Assembly: GCA_963976765.1 (NCBI GenBank)
Contig: CAXBME010000002.1
Span: 248,001 to 312,000 of the forward strand
Reading direction: 5' to 3'
DNA length: 64,000 nt
Source of the DNA: an uncultured Planctomycetaceae bacterium
GTDB taxonomy: Bacteria > Planctomycetota > Planctomycetia > Planctomycetales > Planctomycetaceae
Part shown: positions 52,685 to 63,600 of the stretch, one piece after another
Numbering within the stretch: the stretch's first letter is position 1
How the letters are laid out: each line of letters starts with the position of its first letter
Position numbers and translations under genes: made by a program
The notes under the pieces: generated by a model
Seen by the model: only the letters and a program-made list of their open reading frames with translations
What the model was told of the DNA's origin: nothing
Database searches by the model: none

Positions 52685-53662
52685 ATGCCCAGTCTTCCCG
52701 TTGCCTATGAAGATGTGATGGAGGCGTTGCCTCGGGTTCGGTCCGTTTTGAAACCAACTCTGCTCAATGAGTGGTCCGGCCTGAGCGAACTGCTCGACTG
52801 TCAGTACTTCGTCAAGCACGAGAATCACCAGCCGGTTGGAGCGTTCAAGATTCGCGGCGGCATCAATCTGGTTTCGACGCTGACTGAAGAAGAACGATCT
52901 GCCGGCATTCTGGGATGCTCAACCGGAAATCACGGGCAGTCACTGGCCTACGCTGCTCGAAGATTTGGAGTCGAATGCACGATCGTCGTGCCTGCCGGAA
53001 ACAATCCGGGCAAGTGTGACGCCATCCGTCGACTTGGCGCCAGGCTGATCGAACACGGCCGAGACTTTGACGAAGCGCGAGCGTACGTCGAAAACGAACT
53101 CGCTCAATCGGGACTTCGCTACGTCCACTCGGCCAACGAACCAAAGCTGATTGCCGGAGTCGGCTCCATGGCCGTCGAAATATTCGACGACCTGCCCGAT
53201 CCTGATGTGATCCTAGTCCCGATCGGTCTGGGTAGCGGAGTGGCCAGTACCTGCATCGTCGCGAAACACCTTCGTCCCGAAACAACGATCATCGGTGTGC
53301 AGTCCGAAGGAGCTCCGGCCGTGGCCATGTCCTGGAAGAACAGTCACATCGGAACCGACTATCCATGCAACACCTGGGCGGAGGGCGTCGCGACGCGAGT
53401 ACCAGCTGAAATGACGCTCGACATTATGAACGAACTGCTCGACGACGTGATTCTGGTCAGCGATGACGAAATGCGACAGGCCGTGTACTGGCTTCTCGAA
53501 CACACTCACAACCTGGCCGAAGGCGCGGGAGCCGCAACACTCGCCGCCGCATGGAAAGAACGGTCGAAGTTCGCAGGACAGAAAGTCGTGGGAGTTCTCT
53601 CGGGAGGAAACCTCGACCTCGCTCAGTTGCCGAAGATTCTTGAACTCAGTCACACGCTGTAG
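52685..53662 (+). CDS. PLP-dependent threonine/serine dehydratase family protein
   Basis: KHENHQPVGAFKIRGG, STGNHG, PIGLGSG and LSGGN. Confidence 0.92.
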   Translation: MPSLPVAYEDVMEALPRVRSVLKPTLLNEWSGLSELLDCQYFVKHENHQPVGAFKIRGGINLVSTLTEEERSAGILGCSTGNHGQSLAYAARRFGVECTIVVPAGNNPGKCDAIRRLGARLIEHGRDFDEARAYVENELAQSGLRYVHSANEPKLIAGVGSMAVEIFDDLPDPDVILVPIGLGSGVASTCIVAKHLRPETTIIGVQSEGAPAVAMSWKNSHIGTDYPCNTWAEGVATRVPAEMTLDIMNELLDDVILVSDDEMRQAVYWLLEHTHNLAEGAGAATLAAAWKERSKFAGQKVVGVLSGGNLDLAQLPKILELSHTL

Positions 53663-53790
53663 GGACCAGACTTCAGCGAGGCTTTGCCGCAGACAACTGG
53701 TTCCAGGTTGAGACAACTCATTGCTGCCCACGAGCTGAACTTTCCACACCTCACCGATATGCTGCATCCCTTCGGCGTTTCAAGGAAGGT

Positions 53791-55398
53791 GTGGACATGC
53801 AGCATCGTTTGATCACTCGTCACGCCCTGACGATTATTGCCGCAGCTCCCGTCGGTGCAGCAGCACTCGGGAGCCTCTTCAACATCTGGTACAACGTCAC
53901 TCAGGTTGACCCGTTATTGAGTGCGCCACAGCGAGCACTCTTTACAAATGGCATTCTTCTGTACAACGCTGCTGTCTATCCGTTGCTGATTATCGTCTGG
54001 CTGTGGACGGTCCGGCCGATTCAACAGACGTTTCCCGTTCTCTACCGTGGCGGCGAGGTCGCCCCTCAGGCATTGCGCCGCGCTCAGAAGCGGGCGATCA
54101 ATTTGCCATGGTGCCTGGGAGCCATTCTCGGACTTGGCTGGGCACTCAGCGTGCCCGCTTTGCTGGCCGCCTTAAGCCAGAGTTCTGAACCTGTCGATAC
54201 GCGAGTTCTGTTTCATCTTCCGGTTTCAATCGTGATCGCGTCACTGATCACCATGACTCATGGTTTCTTCATCGTCGAATTGCTGATAGAGCGGCTGCTG
54301 TTTCCGACACTGTTCGGTAGCGAAAGTCCGTCCGGAATTCCTGGCACCATCAGCCTGCCGTTGAATCGTCGAAACCTTCTGTGTGCCGTAGCGGTGTGCG
54401 TTTGCCCGATCCTGTCACTCGTGCTGCTGGCGTTTGTTGATGCCGACTCACTGAACGACCTGAACTGGTTCATGGTTTACGTTGGCGGCGTGGGGATTCT
54501 ACTGGGAATGTTCTGCTCGTGGATGGTGAGTAATCATGTCGTCGTCCCAATTAACGCCCTGAAGAACTCAGCCCAGAAGATCGCGTCCGGCAGTCTGGAT
54601 GCGAAGATTGAACTCCGTCGAGCTGATGAATTCGGCCCTTTGATCGACGAGTTCAATTTCATGATCGATGAAATGCAGGCCAAGCGGGAACTCCGCCAGC
54701 GATTCGGCCTGCATGTCGGTCGCCACACCGCCGAACTGATCCTTGCACAGGATGCAGGTCTGACAGGCACAGAACAGGACATCACCGTCATGTTCTGCGA
54801 CATTCGAAATTTCACAGCTCGTTGCTCCGTTACGCCAGCTCGTGAAATCGTCCCCCTGCTGAATCGATTTCTGACGATGATGGTGAAAGTTGTGGAAGAC
54901 CATCATGGCGGCAATGTGAATAAGTTCCTTGGTGACGGATTTATGGCTCTATTCGGGATCGGGCTGGACTCTCGCAAAAACGCCGACGGAACCCAACACG
55001 CCAGAGCAGCCGTCCACGCCGGTCTGGAAATGATTCGGCAACTCGAACAGATGAATTCAGAACTGGCCGGAGACCATGTTCCTGATCTGGGCATCGGCAT
55101 CGGCCTGCACTGCGGGTCGGCGATTGTCGGCAGCATCGGATCAAGCGACCGCCTTGAGTACACTGCCATCGGCGACACCGTCAATCTGGCTTCGCGAGTG
55201 GAAGGTTTGACGAAACTCGTTGGCAGTCCGCTGCTGGTGACTCGCGCTGTGCGGGAACGGCTGGGCGATGAGTATGTCCTCAACGAGCTCGATCCTCAGA
55301 ATGTCAAAGGCCAGTCGCAGCCAATTGAGATCTTCAGCGTTGGCCCTGGAAAAAACGAACCAACCTCGCAATCTTCGACAGGTGACACCGGCCAGTAA
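53791..55398 (+). CDS. Membrane-bound class III adenylate/guanylate cyclase with HAMP domain
   Basis: About six TMs, HAMP (DEFG..FN), FCDIRNFT, KFLGDG and IGDTVNLASRVE. Confidence 0.92.
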   Translation: MDMQHRLITRHALTIIAAAPVGAAALGSLFNIWYNVTQVDPLLSAPQRALFTNGILLYNAAVYPLLIIVWLWTVRPIQQTFPVLYRGGEVAPQALRRAQKRAINLPWCLGAILGLGWALSVPALLAALSQSSEPVDTRVLFHLPVSIVIASLITMTHGFFIVELLIERLLFPTLFGSESPSGIPGTISLPLNRRNLLCAVAVCVCPILSLVLLAFVDADSLNDLNWFMVYVGGVGILLGMFCSWMVSNHVVVPINALKNSAQKIASGSLDAKIELRRADEFGPLIDEFNFMIDEMQAKRELRQRFGLHVGRHTAELILAQDAGLTGTEQDITVMFCDIRNFTARCSVTPAREIVPLLNRFLTMMVKVVEDHHGGNVNKFLGDGFMALFGIGLDSRKNADGTQHARAAVHAGLEMIRQLEQMNSELAGDHVPDLGIGIGLHCGSAIVGSIGSSDRLEYTAIGDTVNLASRVEGLTKLVGSPLLVTRAVRERLGDEYVLNELDPQNVKGQSQPIEIFSVGPGKNEPTSQSSTGDTGQ

Positions 55399-55437
55399 CC
55401 GACAACCGTACTCAATGGCAACGGCGTGAGACTCATC

Positions 55438-58400
55438 TCACTCAACTTTGGCGAACGCGTCCCGCAGTTTGAGTTCAATTGGCTCCGCCTCGCTTTCCGC
55501 CAGAACCGCAAACTCGACACTGCCGATAAAATGCGGTCTCGGCAGCCCCGACGAGAACATTTGCCCTTCGGTCCACGCGTCGTAGCCGCTGACGATGGCG
55601 ACGTATCTGCCTGGTTCGAGTGCATCCGTTTCGAACTTTCCGTCGTTGCATTGGTGGGCGTCGAAAACCGTAACGTCCAGACCTCGTCCTCTGTCCGTGT
55701 CCTTCGCGTTGGGACTGCAGATTTCGATGATTGTTCGGTTCGGCTTGAACTCGGCCATGTTCGTGACGAGGCCTTTAATTCGTTGCCCCTTTGCCCGTGC
55801 AAAAATGATCTGTTTCTTATCACCAGCCTTCAGCGTGAACAGTTGACGGTCCAGATAAACTCCCGAGTTGACTCGCGGTCCCTTTGGATCGTTCTCGCCA
55901 CCGACCAGCGTGATGATCTCCACTTCGCGATACCGAAAGACCTGGTAATCTCCCGGAATGAGCTTGTTGAGCTGCAAAAATTCTCCGACTTTTAACGGCG
56001 TGTACCTCATCATGCCCTGCTGCCAACTTCCGATATCACTGTCCTGAACGCTGGTATTCTGAATGCGGATCCGTGCTTCTTTGTCGCTGTCCTGAATGTC
56101 GTACTTCACAGTCAGCCCCGCATACCTTGCCTCAGCTTGTTCAAAGTCAGCAGGTTTCAACAAAGCCGTTGGCGGCTTGTTCGTGGCAGCAGCGTTTTCT
56201 TCCTTATCGGGAGCCGCTGCGAGATCGATCGTGACGGTCGTTGACTCGCCCGCTCCGACGCGCACAGTCTGCTGCTTACGAAGTGCCCCTTTGATACCAA
56301 CGTCAATGATGACATCCTCGTCAGGAGCGACTCGCTGGATGACGTGTTCCGGGCCCTGCTTCGGGATGCTGATCACGAACCCCGGATCGCGCACTCCAAG
56401 CTTTTCGAATTCGGCAGCCCGCGCGTATTTCACGGTCAGGCTGCGAGCGTCCCAAGGAATGATTCTCTCACCTGCTTTCACGACGAGACGGATCGTGCCG
56501 CTCTGCCGAAAACGAACGACGACCTCATCACCGTTGCGATTGACATCGCTCAGTGACAACCCGGTGCCCGGTGCGGGTGCAGAACCAACCGTCCTCTGCC
56601 AGACCGTCGCGATCTCCTGCGGGCAATTCGTCGTAATCGTCGCCGCCCTGCCCCGCCGAACCCACAAACGATACCGGCCAGGATCTTCTTCAACAGGTTC
56701 GCTGGTCACGCCGCGATAAGGTTCGGAGCCCGTCCAGAACTGCCGGTTCAGAACTGGACTGCCGTCTTCCGCATACGCCGTGACGGTGACAACATCGGAC
56801 TGAGCCTGCCTGATGATCGCGGGCTTTGCTTCTCCTGATTTCGGCAGATTCACCGTTGCACCAATGAACGGCCGAGTGAGTGTGCGGCCTCGGAAAGTTT
56901 CGGTCAGAGGATCAATAAAACTGTCCGTCGTCGAGACTCGATATTCGCCCGGAGGCGACGGAGTGAATGCGAATTTTCCGTCGGCATTCGTCTCCGCATA
57001 AAGAACCGGCACGGTCGTTCCAGTAAAGGCTTGAACGAATATGCCGGCAAGGCCCTTACCGTCCTGATCAACAACGCTGCCGGTCAGGCGAGGTCCGTTC
57101 TTCAACCGGATTGTGCCCTGGTCACCAAACGTGATCGGCTCTGGATTGTCCGTTGCCTTTTTCAAAGCGACCGAGTCACTGACAAAATTCTCGGGGAACC
57201 AGTGCAGACGTTTCGGCCAGCTCGATGTCGTCGCAAGCCGGTACCGCCCCTCAGCGTCCGTACGACCAATCACGTCTCCGCGAAATCCGGCGCCGGGAGC
57301 GTCGCGGCTGCGCGAAACCATGATTGGAAGATTCGCTGCCGGAGTTCCATCGGGATTCACAAACCGCCCTGTCACCGGCACACCAGGGAGCAGTTTAAGG
57401 TGTCGCAAATCGGACCACGCTGGTTTCGGAGCGTCGGGCAGAGTCAGCCGCGTGCCCACGTCCTTCTTCGGAAGAAAGTCCGAGTGCTGAACCTCGAATT
57501 CCGTCGTCATCTGGGCAAACTCAAACACCGCACGCGGCAGTGCAACGGTGTAACGTCCCTTCGCATCCGTGGTGAATCGCTGTTCGAACATCGGCAACTC
57601 GTCTCTCTTGAACGGAATTCGACGGACCCGCCACAGAACTTCTGCGCCGACGATCGGTTCTCCCGTTGTCTCATCCGAGACGTCGCAGTCATACGTCAAC
57701 ACCGAGACAGGGGGCACCATCGCTCCGCGGATGGCATCAGCAATCATGGTCAGTTCATCGTTGGAAAAGCTTCCCGTGATGACAAATTCCCGACTGATCT
57801 CGCTACGCACGATCGGTGCCGAAATGACAACGCCGTTGACGATGATGGCTAACTGCTGATTCATGGACGCCTTCGAAAGCCGTTGCAGATGAAGGCCGCC
57901 GAGCTGGTCAAGTTTCACTCGGATGTTGCGTTGTCCGAAGTCGTCATCCTGAACTTCCACCTCTAAAACATGCCATGAGCCATCGGCGGTCAGAACGTGG
58001 TCTGGAGCATCGCTGAGCAGGCCAGTCTGGAAGTTGCCATTCATTCCCGATACCGGAATGTCGACCGTGCCGTGCTCCTTTTTCTGAATCGGGAACCAGG
58101 CAAATCCTGCGTCGTTTGCAGAGCCCATCCCTTGAACCGTGCCGTCACGATAGTGCGACTTGCTCCAGTCTTCTGGAACGTGAACCTTCGCGTTGGAATC
58201 AGGAAGTCCGGGAACGACTCTCAATTCGAAAGCAGGTGTGTTCGCCGGAATGAGCACGCCGCCAGGTTGAATCTCAAACGTCAGGTGAGCCTGCTGAACG
58301 ATCTGATCAATCAATGCCCGAACGGTTATGTCCTCAACGTCGAGTGTGATCGGCATTTGCGGATCAACGCCGCGCATCAGGAAATCATCCAGGTTGACCG

Positions 58401-59910
58401 TCACCGGAACGCCGCTCAGCTTTTCAACGGCATCGAGCACGGCGATCAGCGGCATGTTTTCAACGTGTAGTTCGGCTGGCTCTTGCAGTTTTCGCTTCAC
58501 ATTCGATTGTTCTTCTTTTGCATCTTCCGCCTGCGACCCTTGATCCACTGAAGCTTCTTCAACCATAGCCGGATTCGACGCAGCATTGAGTTGCCTGTCG
58601 GAGATGCCAGGCAACACAGGAACCAACGACAAGGCAATCGCCATTGCGGAAGCGACCAGAGCGAAAGTCGCGCGACTCTGGTTCAGTCGTACGCCCGGTT
58701 CGTCGTTGCTCTGGACAATTCGCTGAATTCGTTGCCTCAATTTCGAAGGATCACCGCCATCGACTGCCAACCGAGCAATCTGCCGCGCACGATAGTCGTC
58801 ACCGACTCGCATTTCAGCGACACGTAACAACGATCGAGCGTAGTCCATACGGTCGGTGCCACCCTGAATGACGAGGTCGTCGCAGGCCTCTTCCCGCAGA
58901 TCATGGATCCGCCGACCGAGCCACCACACAGCTGGATGAAAAAACAGCACAGCTTCCAGAAACCGCTGCACGACAATCAGAACGTGATCAAACCGTTTGA
59001 CGTGAGCAAGTTCGTGCGCGAGTACGGCTGCCAGTTCCTGAGAGCTAAGTCCGGTCAGCATCGCGGTCGGTATCAGAATGACCGGTTTAAGAACTCCCAC
59101 AACGACAGGCACGGCAACGCGTTCGCAAGTCGCGACCATCGGCGCCGCTTTCAGAGTCAACCGCATTGCCTGCGTTGCCACCACGTCAAGCATCGACGGA
59201 TCGGCGACGGGTAACCCGAACGAGGTCAGTCGCTGACCACCACAGAGCGCAGCAGCCAGACGTACCAGCATCATTAGAACTCCACCGACGTAGACAATCG
59301 CAATCATCGGGGCGACGTTTCGAAGCTGGTTCAGAAATGTTGTCAGCGGCGAAGCTGAATTTCCGTCTGGCTGAGCGACTACGGTCAGTAATTCCTGTGC
59401 AGACCGCGAGGCAGGCTTGTTCTCCGTTTTCAACGTTTCAGTATTTGCCGCCTCACTGAGTGTCGCGTCGGGAACCAGACGCGAAGATCCCACAGGATCG
59501 GTTTCGGATATCACATTTGAAACTGAAGCCCCGGTTTGCTGTGCGGAATCTCTCACCACGAGAAACGTGATCGGCAGAGTCGCCGCGAGCGTGACCAGCG
59601 CGGTCATGTTCAGCCAGTAGCGGGCTCTGGCGTTTGCCGATCCGAAACTGCTGGACGCTGTATCGCTCGCCCCTCTCGCTAAAATTCGATCGCAGGAAAC
59701 GGCCAACGCAGCGATAACGGTGCCGATCCACAGAACGTGCATCAGCGTTAGTGTGAGTTGCCAGGCGAGCAAAGCCCCAATGTCCGCAAACTGTGAAAAA
59801 GTGAGTGCCATCATGAGTGCGTCTCCGGAATTCTCAAGGCAGGCATTGCTCACCACCCCTGAAGCTGGCGGGCAGCGCTCACCCCTGCATGTTTCGAACA
59901 GTTGGGCCAC
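55438..59910 (-). CDS. BlaR1/M56 peptidase sensor with a large extracytoplasmic region
   Basis: AHELAH zinc motif, FFHPAVWW and REEACDD. The start may be ATG 59814. Confidence 0.9.
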   Translation of the reverse strand: MAQLFETCRGERCPPASGVVSNACLENSGDALMMALTFSQFADIGALLAWQLTLTLMHVLWIGTVIAALAVSCDRILARGASDTASSSFGSANARARYWLNMTALVTLAATLPITFLVVRDSAQQTGASVSNVISETDPVGSSRLVPDATLSEAANTETLKTENKPASRSAQELLTVVAQPDGNSASPLTTFLNQLRNVAPMIAIVYVGGVLMMLVRLAAALCGGQRLTSFGLPVADPSMLDVVATQAMRLTLKAAPMVATCERVAVPVVVGVLKPVILIPTAMLTGLSSQELAAVLAHELAHVKRFDHVLIVVQRFLEAVLFFHPAVWWLGRRIHDLREEACDDLVIQGGTDRMDYARSLLRVAEMRVGDDYRARQIARLAVDGGDPSKLRQRIQRIVQSNDEPGVRLNQSRATFALVASAMAIALSLVPVLPGISDRQLNAASNPAMVEEASVDQGSQAEDAKEEQSNVKRKLQEPAELHVENMPLIAVLDAVEKLSGVPVTVNLDDFLMRGVDPQMPITLDVEDITVRALIDQIVQQAHLTFEIQPGGVLIPANTPAFELRVVPGLPDSNAKVHVPEDWSKSHYRDGTVQGMGSANDAGFAWFPIQKKEHGTVDIPVSGMNGNFQTGLLSDAPDHVLTADGSWHVLEVEVQDDDFGQRNIRVKLDQLGGLHLQRLSKASMNQQLAIIVNGVVISAPIVRSEISREFVITGSFSNDELTMIADAIRGAMVPPVSVLTYDCDVSDETTGEPIVGAEVLWRVRRIPFKRDELPMFEQRFTTDAKGRYTVALPRAVFEFAQMTTEFEVQHSDFLPKKDVGTRLTLPDAPKPAWSDLRHLKLLPGVPVTGRFVNPDGTPAANLPIMVSRSRDAPGAGFRGDVIGRTDAEGRYRLATTSSWPKRLHWFPENFVSDSVALKKATDNPEPITFGDQGTIRLKNGPRLTGSVVDQDGKGLAGIFVQAFTGTTVPVLYAETNADGKFAFTPSPPGEYRVSTTDSFIDPLTETFRGRTLTRPFIGATVNLPKSGEAKPAIIRQAQSDVVTVTAYAEDGSPVLNRQFWTGSEPYRGVTSEPVEEDPGRYRLWVRRGRAATITTNCPQEIATVWQRTVGSAPAPGTGLSLSDVNRNGDEVVVRFRQSGTIRLVVKAGERIIPWDARSLTVKYARAAEFEKLGVRDPGFVISIPKQGPEHVIQRVAPDEDVIIDVGIKGALRKQQTVRVGAGESTTVTIDLAAAPDKEENAAATNKPPTALLKPADFEQAEARYAGLTVKYDIQDSDKEARIRIQNTSVQDSDIGSWQQGMMRYTPLKVGEFLQLNKLIPGDYQVFRYREVEIITLVGGENDPKGPRVNSGVYLDRQLFTLKAGDKKQIIFARAKGQRIKGLVTNMAEFKPNRTIIEICSPNAKDTDRGRGLDVTVFDAHQCNDGKFETDALEPGRYVAIVSGYDAWTEGQMFSSGLPRPHFIGSVEFAVLAESEAEPIELKLRDAFAKVE

Positions 59911-59917
59911 TGCGGGA

Positions 59918-60313
59918 CTACTGGTTCAGCTCGCGAGTCTTGCGGGAAATGAGCTTACGGATGGCAGCCAGTTCTTCGGAGTCGACGTCCGACGATTCAA
60001 ACAGTTCAAGCATGACAGCGCTCGCTGATCCGTCGAACACTCGATCGACAATGTCGCCCAGCATGCGGCGACCAACGCTCTGCTGCTCGATCAGCGGCGT
60101 AAATTCAAATGCCCGCCCGGCCTTTTCACGTTTGAGATACTGCTTGCGGACCATGATATTCATCATGGTGATCACCGAACTGTGAGCGAGTTCCCGCCCA
60201 GCCGCAGCCAGTTCATCTCGAACATCCTGCACCGTCTGCGGCGATTTCTGCCACAAGACTTTCAGGATTGCCAGTTCCAGTTCCGTAGGATTCTCAGAAG
60301 GTGGGCGAGCCAT
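59918..60313 (-). CDS. BlaI/MecI/CopY-family repressor
   Basis: PTELELAILKVLW, SVITMMNIMVRKQYL and VFDGSASAVM. Confidence 0.93.
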   Translation of the reverse strand: MARPPSENPTELELAILKVLWQKSPQTVQDVRDELAAAGRELAHSSVITMMNIMVRKQYLKREKAGRAFEFTPLIEQQSVGRRMLGDIVDRVFDGSASAVMLELFESSDVDSEELAAIRKLISRKTRELNQ

Positions 60314-60344
60314 ATGGCATAACTCCAGAAGTTGCCGAATCAAC

Positions 60345-60410
60345 TTTTAATTCGTTCGGAGTTTAAGCGGACTGGCTGGTCGGTCAAGTCGAAAATCGAA
60401 CGAATTAAAA
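60345..60410 (-). promoter_or_regulatory. blaI promoter bracketed by a 14-bp inverted operator pair
   Basis: TTTTAATTCGTTCG (60345-60358) and CGAACGAATTAAAA (60397-60410) flank minus-strand TTGACC-16nt-TAAACT. Confidence 0.65.
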
Positions 60411-60653
60411 CTCAACTGAGCCGCAGCAGGCTTGACGAACCACAGATACCACTCTGATTTAAAGCGGATCAGTCAGGATGCGAACTGGCGTTCTGCGCAC
60501 TTATCGCAAAAGCCAATGATGTCGAGGAGCCCGTTTCGGGCAGTGGTGACCTCGGCAACCGATCGCCCAGGCAAGCAGGGATCGCCCATTGGCGCATCCT
60601 TCCTCACCCGTACATCGCCGAGTAATCCGTGATCAAAACCTGCAGGAGACCAT

Positions 60654-63600
60654 CTACTTGCCGAGGCAGATGACGGTTCCGTCCTGTGTGGACAGGTAGA
60701 GCTGCCCTCGAGCGGCGGCCATGCCGTCCCAGATGGGGAGCACTTCGAGTTGCATACTCGAAAGGGTCGAGCCGTCTTTGGCAGAGACTGCCCGGAGAAG
60801 CGAACCTTCTGAGCCGTTCAGCAGGGCGTCCTGCCTGGCGAGTATGGCGTCGACGGTAACGTCGCGGTTCTTCAGCTTCTCGAAGGTTTCCGCTTCGTCG
60901 ACGATGTCTGGCGGCCCGACGATGAACAGGTTGGAGCCGGCTTTGACCATCGCTCGTACAAACAGAGGTGCGTCTTTCGTCCAGTGAGGCTCGACGAACG
61001 AACCGGATGACTTCGCTCCGCCCCTCGCCGCGCCGGAAAAATGTAATGCTTTTCCCGAACGACCAACGACGGCGGTCGCGGCGACGATTGATCCGTCGTT
61101 GCCGAGGCCGGATTCATCCGTTGCCTTGCCGCTGGTGAATGAGCTGGCAAAGACGGTTTTCCCCTTCAGGGCTTCCGGAGCCTCGATGTGCTCTTCGACG
61201 TCGGCGGCCGTGAACGATCCGTGGATAATCCTCACGTCGTCGATGACGGCTGTGATACCGAAAGGCGACTGGTAGTCGGCAACGGCGCTGCCATCGTCTG
61301 CTCCAATTTCAATTCCCTGTGCCGGAGTTTTTGGAATCAGGCCTTCGACTTTCGCAGAAGCAACCATCGAACCGTTGACATAAAGGACCACCTTGCCATC
61401 GCTGGTAATGGCTCCAGCGAGTTTCGCCCACTTGCCGACGACCGACTCTTTGCTGGAAACCTGAAACAGCTTTTCGTTGATCCGAGCGGCAAACTGCGGT
61501 CGACCTTTTTGGATAAACAGCGAGTACCCGTTCAGAGGGCCGCCGTGAGCAACGACGACTCCCTGAGGTTTCTCAACGTTGGTCCATGCTTCGACGAAGA
61601 TCGACTTGTTGGTCGGGTCAACTTTCTTTGACAGCGGAACACGAACCATCGCGGCGCTGCTGGCTTTGCCTCGACGTACAGATTTTGCAGATTCAGGAAC
61701 GACGGGTGCTTCGCGAGGCGCGGAAAAAAGTTGATGTTCCAGGACCGTCGTCCAGCGCAGGTGATCGGGTTTTCGACCGAAGCCGTAAACGTTGTCTTCG
61801 TCGAAAACGAGGATCCGCCCGGATGGAGCGAACTTGCCCGCCTGGTAATAGCCTGCGTGGCCGCCGGCGAAGCTCTTGCCGTAAACCCAGTAGGAACGAT
61901 GAAACCAGGTGTCGTCCAGAAAGCCCATCGGTGCGAAGAGGTGAGCGTGCTTGCCGACATGGACCGATGCCTGACCAGCAAAGTCACCCGAGTTTGGTCC
62001 GATGTCGTAGCGTTTACCTTCCTGGTCGAGCCGTTGTGACTTCATGTAAACGTTTTCGCCGTCGCTCGACAGAATGTCCGGCAGACCCACCGGCATCTGC
62101 AACGTTTCGTGACGCATCTGAAGGTTGTTGCCGGTTTCCGGATCGATCTCGTCGATGATCGATTCAGCGACCATGCTGCCGGTGCGAGCGTCGAGTTTCA
62201 AGAAACGCAGACCGCCGTCCAGGAAATTGGACCGACCGGCAACTCCGAAGACAAAACCGCTCTGCACGAGCACGCTGCCGTGTACTGGCCAGACAGATTC
62301 AAGCTGTTCGAATGCCATCAGTCGACGATCTTCGGGAGCGGCGAGGTATCGCCAGACGAGTTCTCCATCGGTCGCGCGGACGCAGTAGATCCAGCCGTCG
62401 TTCGCGCCGAAATAGGCTCGTCCGTCTTCGATGGTTGGCGGCGAATCGACTCGGCTGCCGGCAGTGAATGTCCAGACTTTCTTACCGGTGGCCGCGTCGA
62501 GCGCGTGAACTCGGTGTTCGTCGATCTGTGCTACGAAAAGTTTTCCCTCGGCGACGGTGACGGCTGATAATCGCCCGCCCAGATTCGTGGTCCACTTCGT
62601 CGCAAGCTCCGTCGGAACTTCAGTAAGCGATGTGCCGCTGCGAGTCTGGTCGTGGCGGAAGGTTGGCCAGTCATCGGCGACGGACGACGCCGTGATTGAG
62701 TCTCCGAACGCCGGACCTTTGACCAGGCGAGCTTCTTCAGGCACGTCCTTCGGTGTCTCTCGCGAGGCAGTTGCGGGAGCCAGCGCATTGAAGCCGTACA
62801 GTTTGGCTTCCGGGTAGCACGCACAATTGTGAGGCGGGGCATAAACCAGACCGTTGCACGGCATGATCCCATAGAGACAGCCACCTCGAACCCAGTGGTT
62901 GATGTCCCAGCTCTTCTCTTTCGTATCGACGAATTCGATGCCCGTTCGCGACGGCATGATGAAGTTTTCAGTCGCCTTGGCGATGTAGCAACGGTGGTGA
63001 AACCAGTAAGCACTGACGTCGGGCGGGAAGGTGATCTTCACTTCGCCGGTTTTGAAGTCGCGAGCGGTGAAGGCACCCGAGTCGCCTCCACTGGTCGTCG
63101 GCGCGGACCAGACGAGGTCTTTCACGATGAGCAAATCTTCCGGCGACTGATAGCCCGATCGGTCGTGCGGAGCTTCCCACAGAACGTTGCCGGTTTTCAC
63201 GTCGAACGCTTTCATCGTGCGTTCGCCGCCAGCGTAAAGCAGAATGCCTTTGTGGATGACCAGTCGCGGTCCGAAGTTGTAGGTGATCGTGCGGCGCCGC
63301 GCGGCTGGTTCGGAACTCCACTCCATGTCGCCGGTAACTCGATTCAGACAAACGACCTTTGTTCCATCGTGAAGGTAGACTCGCTCGGCGTCTGCCGTAA
63401 GGGTCAGCGGTGCGACCTGCGTACGGCGTTGCCAGTTTGTCTTGCCGGATGCTGCGTCGATAGACATGACGATGACGGGCTTTTCGTTCCAGCGCCAGTT
63501 CTTGCCGACGTCGCCCTGGTCTCCGACGACAGGATTCAACGGTGCGTACTTGACGAGGTCCGATTCTTCCTTGTTGACTGTCAGAAAAAGCGTTCCGTTG

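Noticed and set aside
62786..62794. CATTGAAGC, matching the repeat 3' end
   Set aside because: A 9-mer inside a coding region, with no hairpin or partner repeat.
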